Below are positions 13,333 through 27,663 of a stretch of 64,000 bases of DNA, piece after piece (the first letter of the stretch is position 1; each line of letters begins with the position of its first letter). The position numbers and the translations under genes were made by a program. The notes below the pieces were generated by a model. It did no database searches. It saw only the letters and a list, made by a program, of their open reading frames with translations, and was not told where the DNA came from. Location of the stretch: assembly GCA_964016885.1 (NCBI GenBank), contig OZ024752.1, positions 15,810,001 through 15,874,000 on the forward strand, in the 5' to 3' direction. The DNA comes from Eledone cirrhosa (taxonomy: Eukaryota).

Positions 13333-13460
13333 CTTCTTCTTCTTCTTCTTCTTCTTCTTCTTCTTCTTCTTCTTCTTCTTCTTCTTCTTCTTCGTTTCTT
13401 TATCCCTTGGAGGGTCATGGAGGAAGTGTCCGCAAGTGCGCCTTCCAGGAGGTCCTGCCA
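13333..13460 (-). mobile_element. LINE (RTE-like) 3' end with (GAA)n tail
   Basis: (CTT)n on plus abuts sequence reading R.SWKAHLRTLPP on minus; similar remnant at 27634-27755. Confidence 0.5.
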
Positions 13461-14121
13461 GAACTTCCATTCAATTTAAATGTAGTATTGGAGAGTTGCT
13501 ACTAAATTCTAACCGGCCTTAAAAAACTGTTGAATTTAATTACTGATAGTTGTGCCTAATTGAGATAAAATATGAGGGTCCAAGTACTCAACTTTAGCCT
13601 TGAAATCCCCAGACGTGTGTTAAAACAAATTACGATCAGTTACATATGCATTCATACAATATATGTTCAGGTCTTCCGACAAAAAAGAAAGCATTTCAAA
13701 GGTGGATGAAGTCCTCAGTCAAATATGGGCTAAATAACCTCACCAGCAACCCGTATTTGGCCAAGCATTGGGGGGATGGCTACACCCTTGAAGACGACAA
13801 CATTGAAACTCAGTGGAAGTGAACTAGGGTGGAGAGAGTCCTCCACAGGAGTGAGACTATGCTGGACCAGATTGGCTGAGTATACAAGGGAAATAAGATG
13901 AATATAAAATGCAGTTAAACTAAAACAAAGACGACAAAACCGAAAGGTGGTGTAGGTAAACCAAAGCGGGAGGTCCTCCAGGATATAAATGTCTCCCCCC
14001 AGGAACTAGGCGATGCTGCAGTTTCCAATGACATTTTCAATAATATATGTATGATAAGAAAGAATGTCTAATACAATGACATCCCTGCCACACTATTTCC
14101 ATTATAATCTGTCTGCACTAG

Positions 14122-14204
<83 letters not shown>

Positions 14205-14244
14205 TACAAATATTAATAAAATAGATGTTCTTGTGATCAATAAA

Positions 14245-14297
14245 ATTTTATTATACGTATTTCAGAGGTACAACAGTACGTCCTCATCAGACAAAAT
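14245..14297 (-). ncRNA. Type I hammerhead ribozyme inside a small foldback (14198-14347)
   Basis: ATTTTGT-CTGATGA-GGACGTAC tgtt GTACCTCT-GAAA-TACGTA-TA-ATAAAAT; palindromic stem III ATACGTAT. Confidence 0.8.
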
Positions 14298-14440
14298 ATA
14301 CAAAATATACAAAAGAACATCTATTTGATTAATATTTGTATTTTAATTTTAATAACTCTGGAAAATTATTTAACTGTAGAGTGCTTCCAATCTACTGTAA
14401 AACTCATTCTTTGATGTACTCATTCAATCGTGTTTAACTC

Positions 14441-14484
<44 letters not shown>

Positions 14485-14668
14485 GAGTTGAGATGGAGGG
14501 TCGGTGGTTTTTCTCACATGTGAGATGTGAGTAAAACCACAGACCTTGCACCTCAACTCTACTTTTGAAAAGAAGAACTGCGAAACCGGTAAAGGATCCA
14601 AATAAATATATAAATATTTTTTAAAATAAGACTCCAGTTGCATTTTCGATTTCATCTTTTTTTCTTTA

Positions 14669-14719
<51 letters not shown>

Positions 14720-14948
14720 TATTTAAGTATCAAGAGAGAGAAGAGATAGGCGATACATATAGTTATTTGCCAATAGCATATGCAAATGTGCTCAATACAA
14801 TATATATATATTAGAAAGTGAGGTTTTTTTTACAAAATGAAAAATAACCGAGGTGTCCTACACGAGTGAAAGTATAAAGAAAAAAAGATGAAATCGAAAA
14901 TGCAACTGGAGTCTTATTTTAAAAAATATATATATATTTATTTGGTTC

Positions 14949-14984
14949 CTTTACCGGTTTCGCAGTTCTTCTGCTTTTCAAAAG
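14949..14984 (-). ncRNA. Minimal hammerhead, U3-A8 core variant (left arm)
   Basis: Reverse complement of 15059-15094. Confidence 0.75.
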
Positions 14985-15058
14985 TAGAGTTGAGATGGAG
15001 GGTCTGTGGTTTTTCTCACATCTCCGTGAGAAAAACCATACCCTCCATCTCAACTCTA

Positions 15059-15094
15059 CTTTTGAAAAGCAGAAGAACTGCGAAACCGGTAAAG
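15059..15094 (+). ncRNA. Minimal type I hammerhead, U3-A8 core variant
   Basis: CTT-TTGAAAA-GCAG aagaa CTGC-GAAA-CCGG-TA-AAG; GUA site; palindromic stem III ACCGGT. Confidence 0.75.
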
Positions 15095-15168
15095 GAACCA
15101 AATAAATATATATATATTTTTTAAAATAAGACTCCAGTTGCATTTTCGATTTCATCTTTTTTTCTTTA

Positions 15169-15223
<55 letters not shown>

Positions 15224-15417
15224 TATTTAAGTATCAAGAGAGAGAAGAGATAGGCGATACATATAGTTATTTGCCAATAGCATATGCAAATGTGCTCAAT
15301 ACAGTGTTAAATATTGGAAGTGTTAATATCAAGCGTGCGAGAATATAAGCAGAGCGGATACACGTGAAAAAATATATAAAGCGGAACAAACCGTTAAAAC
15401 ATGTGTATTTCAAACAC

Positions 15418-15457
15418 CACCTACGTACGTTTCGCCCGAAAAGGGCTTCTCAAGGGC
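15418..15457 (-). ncRNA. Hammerhead (U3-A8 variant) in inverted pseudo-LTR
   Basis: CC-TTGAGAA-GCCC ttttc GGGC-GAAA-CGTACG-TA-GG; damaged counterpart at 18984-19021 on plus. Confidence 0.7.
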
Positions 15458-15909
15458 ATACAAAACTAAAGAGTGTTCGTTACGTGACCCAGAAGGAGTT
15501 TTAAAGATAAGTTCACATCACAATTCATGCTTCGTAAAGCACATATATTGTTTTTGCAGTAGATCAGTGGAGATAACTCTAGCCGGTCTTAGAGCAGTGT
15601 TCCCCAAGCAATTTGTTACCCCTTACTACTGAGTGGGTACTGCTTTACCATTGTGGATTCACGTCGGGTCTGGGATGCATGGTTGGTTTCCAGATGTTTA
15701 TTTGCAGAGCCTGCCCACCGGGTGTTAAGGGTTGGTGCAAGGGGAACCGGTTTATGGTTTCCATGCCTTATGCTTATTCCATCTGGAGTAAGACATCTTT
15801 ATACGGTACCTGCAGTTTATCATCGATTCTGTTCCGCTGTTGATGAGCTCAGGGGGTGCAATTATGATATGGTAAAGCTCTTGTAGAGCACTTCACTTTA
15901 TTTGCCATC

Positions 15910-18670
15910 ATGTTCGAGAATCAGCTGTTACCTATGTCTCTCAAGTGTATCCCCTTTCCCAGCAGAATAACGTACCTCAAACAACTTATAGATGCTACCA
16001 ACTCGTTTACACGTAGAGTAAGATGGAAGGCCTACCACCTAGATAAGGACACCCGTAACCTTCCAGAACCTAAAGAGAGGTACGGCTTCAAAACATACCA
16101 AAACCCACTGCACAACACCTTGTTAGACTCCTTTGAGGAGGACTGGCTGAAACTGATCAGAAACATTAAGTTCAAGAATAAACAACGACACAGTAACCCA
16201 TTCTTCACTGGACGCACTCATCACCAAGATCAAGAATGACCCACACCTCTTCGTTACCTCTGACAAAACCAAGAAGCTGTATAAGATGGACGCGAGCAAG
16301 CATAAACAATTCATCTATAAAGAACTACACAAAGACTATAAAAAGACACCCATTAGTACCTTAAATGACATAAATAGAGTAGGGAAGGATATAGTTACTA
16401 GCTTAGACATAGATAAGTACACAAACCCATATGTCCCTCTGACGCATAGTTTCTCTCTTAAGGATCACAAATGTAACTCTAATGAAAGCCCCTCTATTAG
16501 ATTAATATGTCCCTCTACATTTGATATAGGTAAGATTAGTAAAGTGATCCTGGATAGAGTACTACTGGAGCTTAATAGAAAAGCTAAGGTCTGCCGCTGG
16601 AGCAACATCGATCAGGTCATAGATTGGTTCACCGAGTTGCCTGATAAAGCGACCCTGAAGTCCATCCAGTTTGACATAGATAGCTACGACGCCTCTATCT
16701 CCCCCATACTCTTAAATATGGCACTCATCTTAGCTAAGTCTAACACTAGCCTCACTAAAAAAGAGATAGATATAGTACTAGCGGCGCATTGAACCGTTAT
16801 CCAGTTCGAAAGCTCCCACTGGACCAGAACCAACCGTCCTGATAACTTCGATATCCCGATGGGGTCCAGTGACTCGGCGCAAGCAACCGACCTGGTCGGA
16901 ATATACCTCCTCCATAGGGACGAGATACTGCTCATATGAAGGAGGTGTATATAGGGATGACGCCCTGTTTACCGTTAGAAACCATAGCCCCCGCAGGATA
17001 GAGAACCTTAACAAGTACATACACAGGTTCTTCAATTCATACGGCCTATTCGTAACTATGGACCTCAACCACCAGGTTGTCAACTTCCTGGACGTGACAC
17101 TGGTGTTAAGTACGGGCCTATACAAGCCATACCATAATCCCGGAGAGATTCTATCTCATATTAATTATGCCCCATACCACCCTAAGCAAACTCTCAACTC
17201 CATAGTTTATAGCGTTTCACATAGGATCTCGAGGCTCTCCGCCAACGAGGATATCTTCAACCAAGCGGCAGAATACTACAATAAGGACTTGCTAAGTGCC
17301 GGTTTTAATAGAAGAATCTCTTACATCCCTAACGCTAGCTCTAGAAACCCCCCCCCCCCCTCATAAGACTAATGTTATAGTAAGCTCTACCTATAACGGA
17401 GCACGCAGCGGCTTAGACAGAGTCAGGAACTATAGTATAGAGAATCGCACTAAGTAACACGGCCGCGACGTTAATTACACGAGTGATGGTGTAGAAAACC
17501 TACCGCAAATAAGGATCACGACACTGGTGACGGTGACCTCTGTAGCCTACTAGAATTATTCCCCTACTATAAGATCAACAAAGGCGATGGCCTACTACCA
17601 ACGCCTTCCAACCAGCGTCTTGCTACACATAAACGCACCAGATGGAAGCCGAGTGCACCCGAGCATAAAGTGAAAGGGACACATAACTGGCTACAGCACA
17701 ATAACATGCATAAGAACGGTCACCTAGAAAGCACAAAACATAGCAAACGTAATGTCATATGGTTCCATCCTCCCTACTCTCGGAGTGTGCCCTCCGACGT
17801 ACCGCGGATATTCTTCGAAGCCTTAGAACTTCCCACCCAACGATAAATATAGGAAAATCTTCAATAGGAACAATATTAAAATAACCTTCTCTACTACTCC
17901 TAACCTAGCAGAAATCAGAGGAACAACTAATCACAGTAAGATCACCAAAATACAACACGTTAGCACCGATACACCTAGACCTGACAACAACCATAACGGC
18001 CTTAACGCCTCCCTAGCAGCACCCAATAGTGCTGGCAACAGCCACAACAGACGCAACCAACATACTTCCGACATGACTGGGGAATATGCTGGTAACCCGT
18101 ACGGGCCACGCGACGGTAACAGAAGGCGCTGCGGCGTGCGGAGTGATAATAGTACTACTCCGCACGCAGCGGGATATAATAGTATTAACGACAGGGATAG
18201 AGACGTAGGTAACAACATAGATAGCAATAATAATAATAGCCTTACCTCGGGAACTAGAAGTGACTGCGACCGAAAATGCAACTGTCGTGACAGGAGATGG
18301 TGCCCCCTTAAGGGAAATTGCCTGACAGATAAGGTTATTTATAGGTGCACCATAACTAGCCATAATAGCGTTAAGCATTATATAGGAGCCACCTCTGGCC
18401 CGTTCAAAAATAGATTCGCTCGCCCGTTCAAAAATAGATTCGCTCGCCAATTACATCACAGCATTAAAAGACTCAAACATCAGCTTCTCCACACACGGGG
18501 AAATTGTCGGCAAAGCAGCACCGTATAATTTCAAGAAAAAGTGAGAGCTTTGCCTCATGGAACTTTACCATATCATAACGGCACCCCCTGAGCTGATCAA
18601 CAGCAGAGCAGAATCAGTGATAAACTGCAGGCACCGTATAAAGATATCTTACTCCAGATGGAATAATAAT
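15910..18670 (+). pseudogene. PLE reverse transcriptase-GIY-YIG ORF, disrupted by frameshifts and stops
   Basis: FDIDSYDASI (motif A), FDIPMGS.D.AQ..DLVG.YLL (B), GVYRDDAL (C), VNFLDVTL, YKPY; then CNC....CPL.GNCL, VIY...YIG.T..FK.R and LC.ME...IN.R.E...CRH. Confidence 0.9.
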
Positions 18671-19075
18671 GAGGCATGAAAACCATAAACGGGGTGCCCC
18701 TGCACCAAACCTTAAAACCCCGGTGGGCAGGGGCTGCAAATAAACATCTGGAAACCAGCCATGCATCCCAAACACGGCGTGAATCCACAATGGTAAAGAA
18801 GTACACACAAAGTAGTAAGAGGTAACCAATAGCTTGGGGAACACTGCTCTAACACCGCCTAGAGTTATCTCCCCTGATCTACTACAAAAATAATACATGT
18901 GCTTTACGAAGAATGAACTGTGATGTGAACTCATCTATAAAACCCCTTCTGGGTCACGTAAGGAACGCGCTTTAGTTTTTATGCACTTGAGATCCCTTTT
19001 CGGGCGAAACGTACGTAGGTGGTGTTTTAAATAAACATGTTTTAACGGTTTGTTCTGCTTTATATATTTTTTCAC

Positions 19076-19149
<74 letters not shown>

Positions 19150-19170
19150 TATATAATATATATATATAAT

Positions 19171-19223
<53 letters not shown>

Positions 19224-19229
<6 letters not shown>

Positions 19230-19755
19230 ATACTTTGGGAGGGTCATGTTGCCAATAAGAAATACACGCACCAGTTGCTTTCACTTCAATTTATTATATA
19301 TTTATAAAGTTATAAATTTACAAATCTACAAACTTATAAATTTCTGGTTGGTTGGTTGGTTGGTTCCACAACCAGATAGTTGTTTATATATAGTCATAGT
19401 CCTTTCGTCACACACTCTGTGACCTCTTCAGTGACTGGGGATTCCTTTCTTTGTTTCTGTGCCTTTCCTTTCTTCTGTCCTACGCCATTTTGTTTCTGTG
19501 TGTGTGCTGTGTGCTCAGTTTGCGCATGCACCACATCCAGGTGTCTGTGTGTGTTTGTGTTCATTTATCTATTTGTTTATTTATTTACATGTTGTTGGTT
19601 GGTTGTTTGTTCTATGTGTGTGAGTTTTCATTTTGTCCTTAATTGTAAGTTGTGATGTTGCTGTTCCACTCATATTTTCTATTTAATTTTGGTTGTAATT
19701 CTTTTATGCTTACTGCCTCTCTAATTTGCCTAAACATTGCATCTTTTCTGTGTGT
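19224..19755 (-). mobile_element. 3' end of a second Nematis-like PLE family
   Basis: Minus translation [29 protein letters not shown]; terminal atgaccctcccaaagtataacaa(TA)n shared with the 8860-9885 family. Confidence 0.85.
19392..19436 (-). ncRNA. Type I hammerhead ribozyme
   Basis: AGTCA-CTGAAGA-G-GTCACA gagtg TGTGAC-GAAA-GGAC-TA-TGACT; 5-bp stem I, 6-bp stem II. Confidence 0.85.
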
Positions 19756-19829
19756 ATAACAATATCGGTTTCAACACGCGATTTCAGATAAAGAATCTTG
19801 CTAAACAAATTCAGAAACGAAATATATAT

Positions 19830-21178
<1,349 letters not shown>

Positions 21179-21443
21179 ATATTATAGTTGAAACAGAAAA
21201 CAACAACGAGAAAGCGAAGAGGCTGTAAAAAATGTTAATATTAGTTTGTGCGCGTGTGTGTTGTGTGTGCGCTGTCAATATATGCATATATATAAACACA
21301 TATGTATATACACATATATATGAGTGTACATATATATATGTATATACAATATATATGACTGTGCACTCATATATATATATATATACACATATAAATATAC
21401 ACACACGCACACACACATACACATATATATATATAAATATAAT

Positions 21444-21617
21444 GAATGGGTAGAGAAAATGATAATAAAGATAATAATAGAGCAGCTAATAGACGACGTC
21501 TGATTCTATGTTATTAAAGAAGCTAATAAATCATCCCGCGTGTTAATACTAGTTCATCTTCTCGAAAATGAATTTATCGCATCCAAAGGTGAACAGAATT
21601 TTCACCGTGATTAACTG

Positions 21618-21685
<68 letters not shown>

Positions 21686-21871
21686 TTTATTGGATTTCAG
21701 TTAATCCCGGTGAAAACTCTGTTCACCTTTGGATGCGATAAATTCATTTTCGAGAAGATGAACTAGTATTAACACGCGGGATGATTTATTAGCTTCTTTA
21801 ATAACATAGAATCAGACGTCGTCTATTAACTGCTCTATTATTATCTTTATTATCATTTTCTCTACCCATTC
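21444..21871. repeat. Foldback with (TA)n at its centre
   Basis: Arms 21444-21626 and 21688-21871 are reverse complements with few mismatches. Confidence 0.9.
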
Positions 21872-21915
21872 TTTTATTTATACTACATATATATATATCC
21901 TGTTATTATTGTTAT

Positions 21916-22093
21916 TTGGCAGTATCGGTAGAGAGCCGGACGCCATGCTTTGCAGCATAGTTACGTCCCTTTACGATCTGAGTTGAAATCCTGCCGAGGT
22001 TAACTTTGCCTTTCATCCTTACGGGGTCTATAAAATAAAGTACCAGTAATGTACTGGGTAATTGCTGGCCTTGTGCCAAAATTAGAAACAGTT
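21916..22093 (+). mobile_element. SINE family A
   Basis: A box, B-box-like motif and core. Confidence 0.9.
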
Positions 22094-22127
22094 ATTGTTA
22101 TATATATATATATATATGTACATAGTA

Positions 22128-22410
22128 GGCGCGTAGCCTAGTGGTAAGGTTGCTGAACTTACAGCAATAATGTCGTGGGTTTGATTCCTGGACTGGATTA
22201 TATGTTGTATTCTTGAGAAAACACTTCATTTCTCGTTGCTCCACTATAGTCAACTGAAAAGTAATACCAGCAATAGCTGGGAGTTTAGCCCAACGAAAGA
22301 CTGGCGTCTTGTCCAGTGAGAGTATTGTACTTCTAGTCGCTTAACGCCATGGAAACCGGAATAAGAATCTGCCTGGTGAGCCTCTGAGTTCAAGACAGAC
22401 TTTAGACTTT
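22128..22410 (+). mobile_element. tRNA-derived SINE (third family)
   Basis: tagcctagtgg A box, ggtttgattcc B box; related inverted copy at 50375-50620. Confidence 0.65.
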
Positions 22411-24561
22411 TTTAGATATGTACTTCAAGACGGCCAATAAGCGTTAGAACGTCAGATAGAATACTTTGCGGTATTTGTTCCGACTCTCTACCCTCTGAGT
22501 CCAAATTACGCCGAGATCAACTTTGCCTTTCATCCATTCAAGGTCCATAAAAAGTACCAGTCTAATACTGGGGTTGATTCTTCCTCTATGTTTCTTTCTC
22601 ACTTCCGTTCTCTCACTCTATCCTTCTCTGGAAAGATGGGCTCCACCAGGTTTAGAAAATGCCCTAGAATCGCTGTATGTCAATTCAGCGCCACTACCAC
22701 TGGCTTAGGAGTTAAGGGACCATACACACATACATATGTACTTCTACCTTTTTCACATTCATATTTTCTTTTTTTTATTTTATCTATATTATTCCTACTT
22801 ATATCTTCTTTTTTAAACAATATCCTCTTAGTTTGTAAGCTCTTGCATACAAAAAATAAGAAATGTATGAGTTTTTACATATTTGTATTTGTTTTGTCTA
22901 TTTTTGAAATATTTATATATATATATATGAGTCTGTATATGTGTGTGTGTGCGTGTGTGTGTACATATGTGTCTGCATGCATGTGCATATGTGTGTGTGC
23001 GTGTATATGTGTGAACGTGTTAATGGGCAAGTCAATGTAAGAAACCTAATTATAATATACAATTCACAATTTAAAAGTTCACATGAAAAATGTATATATT
23101 CGGCAATATATACATCGTATCAATATATTGTATCAATATATCGTATGAATATATCGTATGAATATATCGTATGAATATATCGTATGAATATATTCATAAA
23201 TGAAAGTTATGACATGTTAGAGAATTCTCCTTCGTCAATATACTTTGAATACTGATAATTTGTAAATTGAGACAGAAATGTGTTGAAGACATTAAATTAT
23301 ACTCGAGTTTGTGACTAATATAACAGTGCCAACTGTTTTACCAATATAGGCAAGATATTTATCATATTTACAACGCCACAAATATAGGATGAATAGAACA
23401 CTGGCTAAGTTATATACATATATAGACAACGGGAACATAATATCGATCTTTGGTGGGGGAGGTTTGGAGAAAACTAATTGATTCTTAAAGAGCACATTAT
23501 TTATGTCCACGTGTAAATGAAAGTTCAAGAGTATCGTGATCAGGATTCTGAGTAAGACATAAAGGTAGTATAGTACTATATAACTTTTTAAAAATACGGT
23601 CTTTAACCGATTTGACCTTCTACTGTCATCATGCTGATAGGTATACTCTTACAATGAGAAATGTTGTTGCCGGTCATATCCTTATCTTTATCACTTCCTA
23701 CTCTGCTACAGAGATAACGATGAGACAAAGTTCAACGGAAGTATCACTGGCGTGGCACTCCTGGTTACATTTTCTAGGTACTGTGTCACCAGCTTGTGGT
23801 AGTTCTGTTCTTTGCTACGTCTACTTGTCTCCTCAAGGTTTCACTTGAGCTTAAAATCTAGGTACACGCTTCCTATTACGTTGCATGGGTCGATGGAATA
23901 TATAACCTATTATACCTTGTCTTGTTCTTCTCCAACTCCAACTCCAATTTTAGGAAAAAATCAGAAATTGTCACATATGTCTGTATTAGTTAGGTATTAC
24001 ATTCTTACTCGTCCTGTGTTACTTAAATGCATCAGTTAAGGAAGCACTCTCTTTTGTAACATATCTCATACCTGATTTGTGTTTATTCATCTGTTTTTGT
24101 TACTTTATTAATGTTGTCCTTCACTAAACCGAAATCTAATTTGTTATTTGTTTTCCCGTGCTATCAAACGATGTATTCTGGTTGGAGATAATTATCCTCC
24201 CCCCCTCCCGTCCCAAAGTTTGGCATTTTTTGACGCTGATGTCAAACAGATATGGTTTCTTGTGAACATGGTTGCAGAGAGAGGTAACCCTTATTCGCAA
24301 ATATCAAAGAAATGTGAATTCTTCTTCAATAAAATTCTAGTCATGGTAATTAAAGTGACATTGAGTTTTTGGTTCCTTAATAATCTTTCTGTCTTATTTG
24401 AAGAGCTTAAGTTTATTTCGGTTACATTTGAAATAACATCTTCATCTTTAAACATCTGAAATATAAACCATGTACATTATGTATGCATTGATGGATACGT
24501 ATATGTATGTATGTACTTATATATATATATGTGTATATATGTATATACATGTATATATATA

Positions 24562-24913
24562 GGCACGGCGACATAGAAATAATCGGTCTGGATACCCGAC
24601 CGCGCGGTTAAACCACTGGGAGTGAAGGACCCCTAGACTTTGTCAGGACATTCTTCTAGGAGAAGGCAACTCACCAAAGTGGGATAACTCCGACATAAAA
24701 CCTGCGGCTCAGTAGTCACCGATGATGTTGATCTTCTCTTCCTTTCGGGTTATAGATACTGTCGCTCAGAGAGTGGGATTGGCTCAGTGCACAGTCTTCC
24801 TCACTTTAAAAAAATCTCCACGCACAGCCATTGCATGATGGCATTAATTATATAATTATTAATAATGTTATATCGAGCAATAGCCATAGTCGATAACGAG
24901 GGGACAGCCATCA
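24562..24913 (+). mobile_element. Non-autonomous element with RTE-like leader and (TGTA)n tail
   Basis: Homologous inverted copy at 45535-45830; ctaggagaaggcaactc motif; ends gataacgagggg.cagccatc(ATGT)n. Confidence 0.7.
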
Positions 24914-25155
24914 TGTATGTATGTATGTATGTATGTATGTATGTATGTATGTATGTATGTATGTATGTATGTGTGTGTGTATGTAACACCTTGGTTACAT
25001 ACATACATACACACAATAGAGAAGAAGATGGAAAACAAAGTCGCTGCAACCAGGTATCCCTGTTTAACGCCGTTCTCTACTTTTATTGGTTCAGACATAA
25101 TGACTCCAGCATACATACATACATACATACATACATACATACATACATACATACA

Positions 25156-25187
<32 letters not shown>

Positions 25188-25189
25188 CA

Positions 25190-25970
25190 TAATATGAAAG
25201 AGTACTGGTGGAATGTTCCAGTAAAAACCCCAATAAAATGCAGGCATAACAGACCAGATATTATTATATGGGACAGGGTAAAGAAATCATGCACAGAAGT
25301 GGAAGTCAGCTCCCCAGCAGATGCCAATATATTATCAAAGATATTATATTGGTTCAAATCCTGCCGAGTTCAAATCTCGACGAGGTTAACTTTGCCTTTC
25401 ATCCTTACGGGGTCGATAAAATAAAGTAACAGTAATGTACTGGGTAATTGCTGGCCTTGTGCCTAAAGTAGAAACAATATAATATCAAAGATTAGCGAAA
25501 AGGAGAATATTTATGCAAAATTGATGAGAAATCTGCAGATACTCCACCCTGATTATACCTTCAGATTTATGCCTGTGATGATTGGGGCACTGGGGTATGT
25601 TAGTAACTGCCTCAATACAAATATTGAGAAGCTAGGCTTCACAGGAACAGAAAGAACACAACTAGTTAGGAAATTACAAGTACAATCCATTAATAGAACA
25701 GTAAAAATATGTAAAATATTCCAAAATGTTGCATCTAATAACTGCATATACACATGTACTGATACAAAGCATATACACATGCACACATACAACTCAAAAC
25801 ATATACATCCACACATCCATAACATCCATATCTATACATGTTTGCATCCACGCATGCATACATATCTAGCTAGATGATGTTGTGTAAATTCAGATGAGTG
25901 AGTCTTGTGTCTATGTTAGAAACCGACTCTCTCTCTATTGGTAAAAAATTTGTGAAATTATAAAACCAGA
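25190..25970 (+). pseudogene. R4/Dong-type non-LTR 3' fragment (restriction-like endonuclease) in (TACA)n, interrupted by a SINE at 25351-25478
   Basis: WWN.P.......HNRPDIIIWD......EV..PAD.N...K..EK...Y..L...IGALG; 3' end ...ataaaaccagaa(CATA)n. Confidence 0.85.
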
Positions 25971-26048
25971 ACATACATACATACATACATACGTTTGTAT
26001 GTAATAACTGCATGTATACATACGAAACATATACACATACACATATAT

Positions 26049-26196
26049 AATTGTTTCTACTTTAGGCACAAGGCCAGCAATTACCCAGTGCATTACTGGT
26101 ACTTTATTTTATCGACCCCGTAAGGATGAAAGGCAAAGTCAACCTCGGCGGGATTTGAACTCAGATCGTAAAGGGGCGTAACTATGCTAGAAAGCA
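26049..26196 (-). mobile_element. SINE family A
   Basis: Reverse complement of the core. Confidence 0.9.
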
Positions 26197-26307
26197 TACA
26201 CATACACATATATAATGTCATCCATACCTGCACGCACATACGCACAAATGTAGACATATCTACCTAGTTGATTTTGTCTAAATTCTTGTATCTATGTTAG
26301 AAACCGA

Positions 26308-26341
<34 letters not shown>

Positions 26342-27631
26342 ATCTCTCCTCTCTCTCGCTCCCTCTCTTCCTCTCCCTCTCTCCCTCTCTCTCTCTCTCT
26401 CGATTAGTAAACATCTATAAAATCATAAAACCAGAACATACATACATACATACAAATATGTGAAATTATAAAACCAGAATACACACATATATAAAACTTC
26501 TCCCTATTGCCTTTTAATTCTACACACATGTTGATGCATTAAATTTCATGAAAACCGTGGCAAAATTGCAGAATTGACGACAAAATTGGAATTGCAAATC
26601 TTTCGTCTGAAGCAAATTATTTAATCGCCGACAGATAGCATGTCTGATTTGTAAAGTCTTAAACACGTTTTAAGTAGTTTTCCATTTTGATTTCATTCGC
26701 CTTTTGTCGGGTATTTTGTATATCGTAGAATATCAAACTTTCTGAACATTATCTCATAAGAAAAATTTAAGTTTTGCTGTTGCTCAACGTTGTATCATAC
26801 ATTAACTTTCCTTTTAATGTAGACTCCACCTTGCATTTTTTTTCTTTTACTAGTGGAGAATTCTTTCCTCTTTTTTGTTTAGCTTTCTGAAGTGTTTTAT
26901 ATTATATCCATGCCTTGGGGTTGCTAATTATATATGTAATGTGTTATTAATTGTCTCTCTGATCTACTGGTCCTCTGGCATTCACACCAATTTCTGACAC
27001 CTGTAAATGAGATTACCAGCATACAAGTATGTATCTAGTCGATATAATTTCTTTGTCTGGCATTTTTTCTTCATCCGCAGATTATGTGTTTATATTTCAT
27101 TTTCAGTCACCTTTCACCACATTTCTCTATCTAAACAAATACACTTATACACAGATAATATTATATCATTGTCTATCATATGATATTTATTTACACATAT
27201 CAATCATTCGTTCTTCTATTTATTTAGTTATAATACTTTATTGCTGCAGATATATTTAATGGGGATTGTTTTAATAGCTATGATTACATTCTGTTAAAGT
27301 TTTAGTTCTGCGCCATATATCTCATTTTCTGTGCTTTTTCTACAATTGTCTTCGCTTCATTGATGTTATCCGAATTTATTGATTCATATTTAATCCACCT
27401 TACATCCTGTTTAGAATAGACTTATCACGATTTCCTTAAATATACTTAGCTCTATCATCTAAAAGGCGTTTGCAGTTATCAGAGATAGTGTACATGATCT
27501 TTGATACTTATTGTTTCGGGTGCGTGGAAGATTCTTGAATAACATAAATTTGTTTTTGAGGAGAGAGATTTATTCCACTAAAGAGGAATAAAACTTTCTC
27601 GCATTGCTAGTTTAATTTTCATCTCTAGCCC

Positions 27632-27663
<32 letters not shown>

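Larger units (their letters stand above)
14873..15170. repeat. Near-perfect roughly 300-bp palindrome, duplicated at 20883-21178; older partial copy at 14481-14670
   Basis: Arms 14873-15001 and 15041-15170 are reverse complements; identical ORF starts on both strands in the ORF track. Confidence 0.95.
15360..19078 (+). mobile_element. Near-full-length decayed Penelope-like element (Hydra-like) with inverted pseudo-LTRs
   Basis: 15360-15890 is an inverted, diverged copy of 18550-19078; internal RT plus GIY-YIG ORF; 3' end runs into (TA)n. Confidence 0.9.

Noticed and set aside
14888-15155. Identical MKSKMQLESY ORFs on both strands
   Set aside because: By-product of the palindrome; no coding features
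24290-24455. Minus-strand acceptor followed by MFKDEDVIS...
   Set aside because: All frames stop before a convincing donor; no recognisable product
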